DNA of 64,000 bases from Terriglobia bacterium (GTDB lineage Bacteria; Acidobacteriota; Terriglobia; UBA7540). Both the position numbers and the translations under genes were made by a program. Positions 16,195-24,841 of the stretch are shown piece by piece. The first letter of the stretch is position 1; the number at the start of each line of letters is the position of its first letter. Under the pieces are notes generated by a model. That model saw only the letters and a list, made by a program, of their open reading frames with translations. It had not been told where the DNA came from and did not search any database. The stretch is taken from contig JBJKQK010000168.1 of NCBI GenBank assembly GCA_046705285.1, positions 1,276-65,275 of the forward strand. The letters run 5' to 3'.

Positions 16195-16923
16195 TCAAAA
16201 TCGGTGCCGGTCCAATTTGTGCGAATCCTTGGAGTCCTGGATGCGGCGAAGGATGTCTTCTGCCCGCACCTGAGCAATGTGAAGGTACTGCGGGTCACCG
16301 GCGATTTTTTCGAGGATCGGCACCATCAACTGGGGATCGACCAGGGCATTGTTGTCGAGGTCGATTTCAACCTCATTCAGGGCGGAAGGCAAGCCAAGTA
16401 CGTCATACCGGGAAGATAATTCCAGCGCGCCAATGTGTTGTTCGACGTTTGCGATACCGTCAAACATGGTCAGCAGGTCTTCCGCACTCTTGTTCCGTGT
16501 GTAATTAAACTGCACCTTGTTTTCCTGGCCGTCGTGACGGTAGATGAAGGTCTTCGTGCCCATGTTGGCGACCCTCCTGCTACTTTCGAGCTTGATGGAA
16601 TGGAAATCGCCAAGCGAAGCCGCCATCCGGAACAGTTCGCGTGTCGTACTCGGGGAAAGCTTCAACGCGCGCGGCCTTGGGGATTCACTGAGCTGCCGCC
16701 CATCATAAGTGCCGACGCCGTTTGAATTCACAGTGATCGCAGTATACTCCGGCACGCTGCCCTTCATCACCTTGGTGTAAATCAAGGTCGCCGCATTTCC
16801 GGCTCGCTGCGCATAAAGGGCTGCAGAGGAGAGAGCCACCAGGGCAAGGAAGGACATCGCCTGGCGAAGTATTCGCCGGTAAGTACCGCTGCCAGAACAT
16901 GTTGGGTTTGGGCCCTGCTCCAT
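16195..16923 (-). CDS. secreted hypothetical protein
   Basis: ORF 16195-16965. Plausible starts are 16923 (MEQGPNP...RRILRQAMSFLALVALSSAALYAQ, signal-like) or 16857. I recognise no motif. It lies directly upstream of, and co-directional with, the FecR-domain gene. Confidence 0.6.
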   Translation of the reverse strand: MEQGPNPTCSGSGTYRRILRQAMSFLALVALSSAALYAQRAGNAATLIYTKVMKGSVPEYTAITVNSNGVGTYDGRQLSESPRPRALKLSPSTTRELFRMAASLGDFHSIKLESSRRVANMGTKTFIYRHDGQENKVQFNYTRNKSAEDLLTMFDGIANVEQHIGALELSSRYDVLGLPSALNEVEIDLDNNALVDPQLMVPILEKIAGDPQYLHIAQVRAEDILRRIQDSKDSHKLDRHRF

Positions 16924-17092
16924 ATCGTTGACTGCGGATGTCCCGGAGGCTGATTCGGGCGCCACTATTTACAAAGCTCTCTGCCCCGGCCCGTGCACCC
17001 GCGACCCCTCGATTCGCAACCAATCCTCATCGTACGGGAACCCAAGCAAACAGGTGGCTGTAATCACTGAGGCGTGGCCAGTCGCTGCTCTT

Positions 17093-17851
17093 TCAGCCCC
17101 CATGCTGAGCCAGCGATTGAAGTTCGGAATCCTCAATATCAAAGTTGGCATAGACATGCTGGACGTCTTCGTGCTCGTCAAGTTCATCCACGAGACGCAA
17201 CACCTGATCTGCCGGCTTGCCCGAAAGCTTAACCTGGGTCTGCGGAACCATCGAAAGTTCGGCTGTGGCAGGAGTAATTCCCGCCTTATTCAAGGCGTCA
17301 ACAACCTGCTGGAAATTCTCCGGGGCGCAGAAAATCTCCCAATTGTCGCCATCTTCCCTCATATCTTCCGCCCCAGCTTCCGTAACCAGATCCAGCAGAG
17401 TCTCTTCGCTCGCTTTCGCCTTCTCCACCACGATGTAACCGCGCTTGCTGAACATCCACGTCACGCAACCCGTCTCGCCCAGATTCCCTCCGTGTTTTGA
17501 AAGGATGTGGCGAATCTCAGCCAGCGTCCGGTTACGGTTGTCAGTAGCAACATCCAGCATCATCGCAACGCCGCTCGGCCCGTATCCTTCGTAAACGATC
17601 TCTTCATACTGGACACCCGGAAGCTCTCCCGTACCGCGCTGGACGGCCCGCTTGATGTTGTCCGCGGGCATGTTCTCGGCTTTCGCTTCAGCAACGGCAG
17701 TGCGAAGGCGAGGATTTGACTCTATGTCTCCGCCGCCAATCCGCGCAGCCACCGTAATTTCCTTGATAAGCTTGGTGAAGAGCTTGCCCCTCCGGGCATC
17801 CGCCACGCCCTTCTTGTGCTTAATAGTCGCCCATTTTGAGTGGCCCGACAT
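17093..17851 (-). CDS. yebC: YebC/PmpR family DNA-binding transcriptional regulator
   Basis: 252 aa beginning MSGHSKWATIKHKKGVADARRGKLFTKLIKEITVAAR. Full-length family signature. Confidence 0.95.
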   Translation of the reverse strand: MSGHSKWATIKHKKGVADARRGKLFTKLIKEITVAARIGGGDIESNPRLRTAVAEAKAENMPADNIKRAVQRGTGELPGVQYEEIVYEGYGPSGVAMMLDVATDNRNRTLAEIRHILSKHGGNLGETGCVTWMFSKRGYIVVEKAKASEETLLDLVTEAGAEDMREDGDNWEIFCAPENFQQVVDALNKAGITPATAELSMVPQTQVKLSGKPADQVLRLVDELDEHEDVQHVYANFDIEDSELQSLAQHGG

Positions 17852-18124
17852 ACGACCTTTCTTCCTCTGTGCAGCCGCCGCACCGCAATGTCACCTCATC
17901 CTACCCGGCGGCAAGCCTTAACGTTATCTATTTCTTCATCGAAATCTTAACACAATGTTCGGCTTCAGGCCACGCCTAGTCAATGAATAGAAAAGAGAAA
18001 ATCTCCCAAGCCCTTCTGCCGGCAATCGCGTGGCTCGACGGCAGAACAATGGACATCCGGCTTCGAGATTCCTTGTTTTCACCTGCCGGGGACCCCCTGC
18101 CCTCAGCAGATGCCATGTGTCAGG

Positions 18125-18508
18125 TCAATCCGCCGCCTCCCGCATTATCGCGAATATCGTCTCCTCGACTTCTTTGGCAACGGACTCAAGGCCGTCTGCT
18201 TCAAAGATTGCCAGCATGGCAGTGGGCTTCAGGGTTGCCAGCACAACATTATCGCCTTCACGGTAGACCGAAATGCGGCAGGGAAGCGCCGTTGAGATTT
18301 CAGCGTTCTTTTCCAGAACTTTCTTCGCCTGTTGCGGGTTGCAGACCTCAAAAATCAGGCAGTCCCGATCGAACTCAACTCCCTTTTCATTCATCTTTGC
18401 CTTCAAATCGTGTGTGCCAATGATCCCGAACTTGTGCCTTTGAGAAGCAGCCTCCAAGTCACGGGTAACGTTGGAAAGCGTTTTTTTCGATATCACACGA
18501 TGAATCAT
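18125..18508 (-). CDS. DUF302 domain protein
   Basis: In-frame ATG at 18508 within ORF 18125-18667. FGIIGTHDLKAKMNEKGVEFDRDCLIFEVCNPQQAKKVL...LPCRISVY is the typical DUF302 pattern. Confidence 0.75.
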   Translation of the reverse strand: MIHRVISKKTLSNVTRDLEAASQRHKFGIIGTHDLKAKMNEKGVEFDRDCLIFEVCNPQQAKKVLEKNAEISTALPCRISVYREGDNVVLATLKPTAMLAIFEADGLESVAKEVEETIFAIMREAAD

Positions 18509-18543
18509 TTCGAAGCACCTCGCTTTCACTGCAGGCAGCCGCG

Positions 18544-19008
18544 TTAGCCGATTGGCTTTGCGGCGCTTGAGAGAAGTCTGTCCTTGGCTTTCACCAGGTT
18601 TGCGAATGACCGTACCAGGCGCCGGTTCGTTAACGGCAATCTGAGCAATTCTGAACCCGCTTCCCACGCCTCGCTGCGGATTGCTTTATTGATCGTCCCG
18701 CTCAAGCCGCGCGCACCGAGAAGAGTTTCGGCCTGCAAACGGCTCAGAGGCATGTCGGCAACCAGCAATCGGGGAGAAATCCGGACGGTGAAAAGCTCGG
18801 TCCCACCGGCGCAATACTTCACAACCCAGCGGGCCTCACTCGAAGAATAATGCAGCCTTTCAATGATTCCTTCTATCTGGCCAACGGCTTTGCGCAGTTC
18901 GCCGAAAAGAATGGCAACACGGTCACCGCCCAGCCTGATCAATTGCGCCCATTCAGGCGCCTTTGCAGGGCCACGAACCAGATTCAGCGGAGATTCGGAA
19001 GAGGCCAT
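18544..19008 (-). CDS. hypothetical protein (possibly DUF3788-like)
   Basis: 154-aa ORF, protein-like, in the same orientation as its neighbours. The resemblance to DUF3788 is a weak impression only. Confidence 0.5.
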   Translation of the reverse strand: MASSESPLNLVRGPAKAPEWAQLIRLGGDRVAILFGELRKAVGQIEGIIERLHYSSSEARWVVKYCAGGTELFTVRISPRLLVADMPLSRLQAETLLGARGLSGTINKAIRSEAWEAGSELLRLPLTNRRLVRSFANLVKAKDRLLSSAAKPIG

Positions 19009-19070
19009 CCTTATTCACCAGCCTGGAGAGTCTCAATGCTCATCAGATAAATCAGTGCAGCTCTTAACAT

Positions 19071-19958
19071 CTATCGGGGAGGCGCGGATTTCGGAGCCGG
19101 CGGCATGTTTTGAAGCTTCTGTTTCACGGCCTCAAACTCAGGACTATCCGTTTTCCAATTCTTCTTTGGGCCCAGCCTTGGAATCTCCTCGTCAACGTTC
19201 CGAATGCGATTTCCGGGATTCGGATGGTCGGAAAAGAACTGGATTGTTCTTTGCGGATACTTTTGCTGAATGATCTGGAAAAACTGCGCCATGCCGTAAG
19301 GATCATACCCGGCCTGATAGAGGATGTAAGTCCCAACCTCATCAGCCTGAGATTCCGCACTCCGGGAGTTGCGCAAAAGGATGGAGTTCACCCCAAAGCT
19401 GATCCCAAGCTGTGCCAGTTGGCTTCCAAGGCTGGAGCTTTGGCCGAGCAAACCTGCCAGGATCGAAAGAGGCGCCTGAGCCAGCATCATTTCTGACGCC
19501 TGGTGAGTGCCGTGCCGCATTACAACATGTCCTTCTTCATGAGCAATGACGCCAGCGATCTGCGCTTCGTCCTCGGCAGCTTCGATGGCGCCCCGATTCA
19601 CGTATATAAAACCACCAGGCAGCGCAAAGGCATTGATGTCGGGGCTGTTCACCACATTGAACGTCCAGGCGTATCCCACTCCACGCGGCTTATTGGGAGC
19701 AAATGTTGCAAGCCTCCGTCCAAGGCCGTTCACGTAACCAACCACCTCCGAATCACGGATCAGAGGAAGCTGTTTGTTCACGTCAGCAGATGCCTTCCGG
19801 CCTAATTCAACGTCCTGCGCCGCAGAAAAAAGGTTGAACCCCGGCCTGAAATTCAGCCCCTCGACCGCATATAGGACGGCGGGAGCAATCGCAACCAAGG
19901 CCAAAATCAGCAGCCCGGAGAATTTCCTCCTCCCCATATTAGCTCCGCGACCAGTCAT
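19071..19958 (-). CDS. M48 family metallopeptidase, secreted or membrane-anchored
   Basis: 295 aa with an N-terminal hydrophobic signal (FSGLLILALVAIAPAVLYA) and the HEEGHVVMRH zinc motif. Confidence 0.85.
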   Translation of the reverse strand: MTGRGANMGRRKFSGLLILALVAIAPAVLYAVEGLNFRPGFNLFSAAQDVELGRKASADVNKQLPLIRDSEVVGYVNGLGRRLATFAPNKPRGVGYAWTFNVVNSPDINAFALPGGFIYVNRGAIEAAEDEAQIAGVIAHEEGHVVMRHGTHQASEMMLAQAPLSILAGLLGQSSSLGSQLAQLGISFGVNSILLRNSRSAESQADEVGTYILYQAGYDPYGMAQFFQIIQQKYPQRTIQFFSDHPNPGNRIRNVDEEIPRLGPKKNWKTDSPEFEAVKQKLQNMPPAPKSAPPR

Positions 19959-20034
19959 CCCAGTCTCTCTTGTAATTTTAGCTCAGAAGCCGCGCGTTAC
20001 CTTGCCACGTCGTTTTCTTTTTTCTGTCGTGTCA

Positions 20035-21336
20035 TTAGCCGGACTTAGCTTCGAGTACGTCGGCGAAGACTTCCGGTCCACGGTAGAGGCCGTACGAACC
20101 AAGCTCCTGTTCAATCCGCTTCAGCCGGTTGTATTTGGCAAGCCGCTCGGAGCGCGTAATGGCGCCGATCTTAATCAGCGATGCCCGCGTACCGACGGCA
20201 AGGTCAGCAATGAAATCGTCTTCGGTCTCACCGGAGCGGGCGCTGACAACGGGCTCGTATCCATTGCGGCGAGCGAGACTGATGACATCGAGCGTCTCCG
20301 TCAATGTCCCGATCTGATTGATCTTGACCAAAACCCCGCTGGCAACTCCTGCCTCAATCCCTGTTTCAAGCCGATCGGGATGCGTCACAAAAAGGTCATC
20401 TCCAATCAGTTGGCAGCGGTCGCCCAGCCTGTCGGTCAGGGTCTTCCAGCCTTCCCAGTCCTCCTCATCGAGTGCATCCTCAATCGCCAGGATCGGGTAG
20501 CGCTCCACACAACCTGCCAGCTTTTCCACCAGTTCGTCCGAACTCAGATTTTCATCATCAATCTCGAGATGATAGCGTCCCTGCTGATAGAAATGGCTGG
20601 CGGCTACGTCCACTGCAATGGCAGCATCCCTTCCCGGTTCCAGGTCAGCGCGCTCCATAGCTTCAACCATGACATCAAATCCCGATTCGTTGTTTTTAAG
20701 CGCCGGCGCGTACCCTCCCTCATCGGCAACTCCTGCACGATAGACTCCTCGCTCCACCAGGACCGCCTTGATGGTTCGGTACACGGCGTTAACATCTGCA
20801 ATCGCCTCGGAGTAAGATGCAGCCCGCAGCGGAATCATCATAAAATCCTGAAAATCGATATTGCCGCCGCCATGGATTCCGCCGCTCATAACGTTCACCA
20901 TGGGGACAGGCAATTCATTCGCCGCCGCGCCTCCCAGGTACCGGTAAAGCGGCAGCCGGGCCGAGTTTGCCGCCGCGCGCGCCACAGCCAATGAAACGCC
21001 CAGAATTGCATTCGCCCCGAGGCGTCGCTTGTCCGGCGTTCGGTCGAACTGTATTAAAGTGTCGTCCACAAGTGACTGATCGGACGCCTCCGTGCCAAGG
21101 AGCACCTGGAGCATCTCCCACTCGACATTGCGAATCGCCTTGATGACCCCTTGTCCGTGGTAGCGATTGATATCCCCGTCTCGAAGCTCGGCCGCCTCAT
21201 GCGTTCCGGTAGAAGCTCCAGAAGGGACAATCGCAGTCCCGATGGATCCGTCTTCCAAGACCGCTTGAACCTCAAGCGTAGGATTGCCTCGCGAGTCAAG
21301 GACTTCGCGGGCGTGGAGTGCGCCGATTCTTGCCAT
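20035..21336 (-). CDS. eno: enolase (phosphopyruvate hydratase)
   Basis: 433 aa. Motifs: AREVLDSRGNPTLEVQ, SGASTGTHEAAELRDGD, SGETEDDFIADLAVG. Confidence 0.97.
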   Translation of the reverse strand: MARIGALHAREVLDSRGNPTLEVQAVLEDGSIGTAIVPSGASTGTHEAAELRDGDINRYHGQGVIKAIRNVEWEMLQVLLGTEASDQSLVDDTLIQFDRTPDKRRLGANAILGVSLAVARAAANSARLPLYRYLGGAAANELPVPMVNVMSGGIHGGGNIDFQDFMMIPLRAASYSEAIADVNAVYRTIKAVLVERGVYRAGVADEGGYAPALKNNESGFDVMVEAMERADLEPGRDAAIAVDVAASHFYQQGRYHLEIDDENLSSDELVEKLAGCVERYPILAIEDALDEEDWEGWKTLTDRLGDRCQLIGDDLFVTHPDRLETGIEAGVASGVLVKINQIGTLTETLDVISLARRNGYEPVVSARSGETEDDFIADLAVGTRASLIKIGAITRSERLAKYNRLKRIEQELGSYGLYRGPEVFADVLEAKSG

Positions 21337-21361
21337 TTATGCTCCTCTCGTACCGGTTGAA

Positions 21362-22375
21362 TTACTGTTCCTGAACATTCTCTCTGACAATCTCAAGCGC
21401 TTCATCGTGAGACTTCGGCTGCTCTGCAAGCAGGCGTTTTGCGGTGCGGCGCACACGAGACCTGGTAGCCTCGTCGCGGATATATTCTGCCGGAGATTTG
21501 CCGTCGATGCGCGCCAGCATCAAGCCGCCAAGATGACGCATGGTCATCTGCTCGAAATTCACCAGTGTAGCCCCGCCAAGGCCGGAAACCAACGCCTGCC
21601 AGAATGCTTGTGCAGCCTGGTAATAGCGTTCAGAATCTTGCGGCCGATGAAATGACTTCAGCATCAGATGGTTCAGAAGAAACCCGGAATCGAACGAAGG
21701 GTCTCCCCAGTGAACAACCTCGAAATCGATGAGCACAATCGCGTCGCCGTGCACGAGGATGTTCTTTGGACTGTAGTCGCCGTGAACAAGCGAGGTCCGG
21801 ATGTTCCAGGAGTCCTCAATCAGACGCTCCAGTGCTTCGCGGGAATCCGGATGGCGGATTGCCGTAGTCCGGTAATAGGGGTCAATTCTGAGTTCGTCAA
21901 ACACGGTGCGGTCTGCAAACCGTTCCTTGAACGCAGGTTCCAGCTGGCTGGCTTTGATCATGGAAGCGAGCATCCGCCCCGCCGTCTCCGCAATCTCAAA
22001 CCGAACCTCCCCATCAAGCAGAGATTTTTTCCAGACCACAGAACCTTCCGGTGCGGCGCTCATGAGATAGAAGAAGTTTTCCCGATCCACATGGACAACT
22101 CGCGGCACAGCACCATCAAGGATGGACCTGAGCGCCTGTATGGCCGCCGACTCCCGAAAGATTCTCTCGCGGCTCGACCTCCAATCGTCTTCCACCCGCA
22201 GCTTTCCAAGAGATTGCTTTGCCACCCAGCGAACTCCAGGCCCTTCGATCAGGAAAACATTATTTGAAACACCACCGCCAAGTTCTCGAATGGTGAGCGT
22301 CGCAGGATCGCCGGCCAAACCGTGCTCACCAAGATAGGCAGCGAGGGTTTCTGATGTAAGTCGAAATTCCGCCAT
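21362..22375 (-). CDS. APH/ChoK-type phosphotransferase family protein (MtnK-like)
   Basis: 337 aa. N-terminal ELGGGVSNNVFLIE and VAKQSL, the catalytic loop HGDYSPKNILV, and LIDFE. The substrate is unknown. Confidence 0.75.
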   Translation of the reverse strand: MAEFRLTSETLAAYLGEHGLAGDPATLTIRELGGGVSNNVFLIEGPGVRWVAKQSLGKLRVEDDWRSSRERIFRESAAIQALRSILDGAVPRVVHVDRENFFYLMSAAPEGSVVWKKSLLDGEVRFEIAETAGRMLASMIKASQLEPAFKERFADRTVFDELRIDPYYRTTAIRHPDSREALERLIEDSWNIRTSLVHGDYSPKNILVHGDAIVLIDFEVVHWGDPSFDSGFLLNHLMLKSFHRPQDSERYYQAAQAFWQALVSGLGGATLVNFEQMTMRHLGGLMLARIDGKSPAEYIRDEATRSRVRRTAKRLLAEQPKSHDEALEIVRENVQEQ

Positions 22376-22412
22376 TTCGATGTAATAGGCGCCTTCAGCC
22401 GCAATCTCCGCG

Positions 22413-22646
22413 TCAAATGCGGCTTACCGCCTGTCCCGTGCCATCCAGGCGGTCAAGCAAGCGGTAGCGCGCGCCGCACTTTGAACATTGTACTCCGCGG
22501 CGGGACGATGGACCTTCAACAGCCCTGCTGCCGGAAAAGCTTGCAAGGCCGAAATGCCCGTCCGAAGACGCGTAATACTCAAACATCATGTGATTGCATC
22601 GCGAGCAGAACTGCCAGCGATGATCAACGTGAGGGACTTCGTTCAT
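22413..22646 (-). CDS. small 4-Cys zinc-ribbon protein
   Basis: The ATG at 22646 overlaps the stop of the upstream methyltransferase (ATGA at 22643-22646). The 77-aa product has CSRC...CSKC pairs. Confidence 0.5.
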   Translation of the reverse strand: MNEVPHVDHRWQFCSRCNHMMFEYYASSDGHFGLASFSGSRAVEGPSSRRGVQCSKCGARYRLLDRLDGTGQAVSRI

Positions 22647-23278
22647 CGCCTGCCCTCTTCTCGAAACCGGGCCACAATCAACTCCGACCGGAACCCACAT
22701 TGAGCAATCCGCTCGCGCAGATCAATCCTCCACCCATTCGACTCCAGCACTTCAGCCACAGGCAGAGGCCTGCAGCCTCCGACTATCACTGGCGAGCAAT
22801 GATACAGGACCAGCCAGGATTTGTTCACCAGTGGCACCTGCTCTGCCATGCTCAAAACAATGAGCCGCCCGCCCGGCTCAAGAACACGTGCAAACTCCTG
22901 TAATACGAGGGGAACATCTTCCTCAAGCAGGAGGTCCAGCATGTAGAGGTTAAAAAGAATGTCAAAAACCGCGCGATCGAATGGCAAAGAAAACGCGTCA
23001 GCGCGGCAGAGGTCATGCCTGATCTCTTTGGCCGCCAGCCGCTTGCGAGCCCTGTGAAGCATGCGGGCGGATAAATCAACGCCCACGCAGCGCTTGAGCC
23101 CGCTGTTCTTTGCGAGCATAGAATGGAATTCACCGCCCCCAACCGCTACTTCCAGGACCGACTCGTTCCCGACAAGATGAGCCGCTTCATAAGCTCGAGA
23201 GCAGGCCCGGCTTTCGAAGAGCCCGGACCAGAATCCATAAAGCGGAGCCACTGTGTCGTAAAACCTGGCCAGACGCAT
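22643..23278 (-). CDS. class I SAM-dependent methyltransferase
   Basis: 211 aa. Motif I is VLEVAVGGGEF. A post-I acidic residue and the FDILFNLYMLD motif fit a Methyltransf_11/25-like fold. Confidence 0.8.
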   Translation of the reverse strand: MRLARFYDTVAPLYGFWSGLFESRACSRAYEAAHLVGNESVLEVAVGGGEFHSMLAKNSGLKRCVGVDLSARMLHRARKRLAAKEIRHDLCRADAFSLPFDRAVFDILFNLYMLDLLLEEDVPLVLQEFARVLEPGGRLIVLSMAEQVPLVNKSWLVLYHCSPVIVGGCRPLPVAEVLESNGWRIDLRERIAQCGFRSELIVARFREEGRR

Positions 23279-23392
23279 CCGGATATGGGCTGCATCATTT
23301 GGGCTTCGACTCGTACAATTCAGATTGAAACCTCCGCCATTCGGGATATGATGGAATTCGGGGCTGAAACGGACATCTCATACCATAGCACG

Positions 23393-24409
23393 ATGGAACG
23401 AAGAACTCTGATTATCGGTGCTTTCGCGGGCGGAATTGGCCTGGTCGAATATGCCCTTACCAATCGCTGGATGAACGGCATGTCCGAGCCTGACGGGCTT
23501 TCCGTCAAAGCGTATGAGCGATATGGAAGTAAGGCCGCACTGATGGCCATCACGCCCAACGATGATTTTTACGTCACCTCCAAAGGGTCCACGCCCACAG
23601 TCGACCGCGCGATGTGGCAGCTTAAATTCGATGGACTTGTTGATCATCCTTTTTCCATCGACTACCCGGAACTGCTGAAGCTTCCGCGAATTGAAAAGGT
23701 CTATACACTTGAATGTATCTCCGATCCCATCGATGGCACAGCCATTGGCAACGCAAAGTGGACAGGCACGCCGCTGAAACCCCTGATCGAGCGCGCCAGC
23801 CCTTCGGGCAAGGCAACACATGCAGCCATCTACGCAGCCGACGGCTTCTCAACCGGACACACACTCCGCAGGCTCTGGAACGAGGAGAACTTTATCGCCT
23901 ATAAGATGAACGGCGAGGACCTGCCACCCATTCACGGCTATCCGGTCAGGATCTTCGTTCCCGGCAAGTTCGGCATGAAGCAGCCTAAATGGGTGACACG
24001 CATTGAACTGGTCGACAAGCCCTACATCGGTTATTGGGAGAAGCGTGGATGGTCGAACTCCTGTGAACGCTGGGCGCACGCACGCTTTACCGATCTCAAG
24101 AATGGCGCAAAGATCTCGGCGCGCAACTTCCAGTTCGCAGGTTACGCCATCGGGAATTTGGATGGGATCAAATCTGTCGACATCAGCTTCGATGACGGCA
24201 AGACCTGGAAGCCGACGACAATCTTCAGCAATCCTTCGCCCATCGTGTGGACGTTCTGGAAATACACCTGGGTAAATCCCAACCGTGGCACGTACCATGT
24301 CCGCGTCCGGGCCATCGACGGTAAGGGCCGCATCGAGGGCCGAGGGCCGACTTCCACATTCCCAAGCGGCGCCACCGGCCAAGCCGTCATCACCGTTAAA
24401 GTCGTCTGA
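23393..24409 (+). CDS. sulfite-oxidase-family molybdopterin oxidoreductase
   Basis: In-frame ATG at 23393 within ORF 23123-24409. MERRTLIIGAFAGG looks like a Tat signal. Motifs: LECISDP..GNAKWTGTPLKPLI, MNGEDLPPIHGYPVRIFVPGKFGMKQPKWVTRIEL. Confidence 0.8.
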   Translation: MERRTLIIGAFAGGIGLVEYALTNRWMNGMSEPDGLSVKAYERYGSKAALMAITPNDDFYVTSKGSTPTVDRAMWQLKFDGLVDHPFSIDYPELLKLPRIEKVYTLECISDPIDGTAIGNAKWTGTPLKPLIERASPSGKATHAAIYAADGFSTGHTLRRLWNEENFIAYKMNGEDLPPIHGYPVRIFVPGKFGMKQPKWVTRIELVDKPYIGYWEKRGWSNSCERWAHARFTDLKNGAKISARNFQFAGYAIGNLDGIKSVDISFDDGKTWKPTTIFSNPSPIVWTFWKYTWVNPNRGTYHVRVRAIDGKGRIEGRGPTSTFPSGATGQAVITVKVV

Positions 24410-24441
24410 TCACACCGGCTTCCCTCCCGCATATTCCAGGG

Positions 24442-24591
24442 CTACTTGCCCAGATACTTCTCCGGCTCCTGGTCAAACTTCGCCTTGCATCCGGCGGCAC
24501 AGAAGTAGATCGTCTGGCCTTTGTACTGGCTGGTTGCCGCCGCCTTCTCGGAATCAATCTGCATCTTGCAAACTGGATCAACGACTTTCAT
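24442..24591 (-). CDS. YHS/TRASH-domain mini-protein
   Basis: The ATG at 24591 is preceded by AAGGAG with 5-nt spacing. Product: MKVVDPVCKMQIDSEKAAATSQYKGQTIYFCAAGCKAKFDQEPEKYLGK. Confidence 0.7.
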   Translation of the reverse strand: MKVVDPVCKMQIDSEKAAATSQYKGQTIYFCAAGCKAKFDQEPEKYLGK

Positions 24592-24841
24592 TTCACTCCT
24601 TTCTTCTGCCATTGAAGATCGCTTATGATTTCCCATTCAAGGATAGTCGATTGGACAAGGCAAAATCCAGTGAGGTGGACGAAGCGGCAGCACAAGTTTG
24701 AGGTAGTGTCGACTCTGGTATGGGTAAGCGTCGATTAAGCCCGGCCGCTGTGCCTGAAAGTCCTATCGAACAACTGGATCGCCCCGCGCGTGCTGTGGCA
24801 TGGGACACAGAAGACAGCAACGCAAGAAGGTGCCATGCTCA

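Noticed and set aside
19774-20994. 406-aa + strand ORF
   Set aside because: It lies entirely antisense to the unmistakable enolase gene. Its sequence is Arg/Ser/Pro/Cys-rich and not protein-like. This is the typical long shadow ORF of GC-rich DNA.
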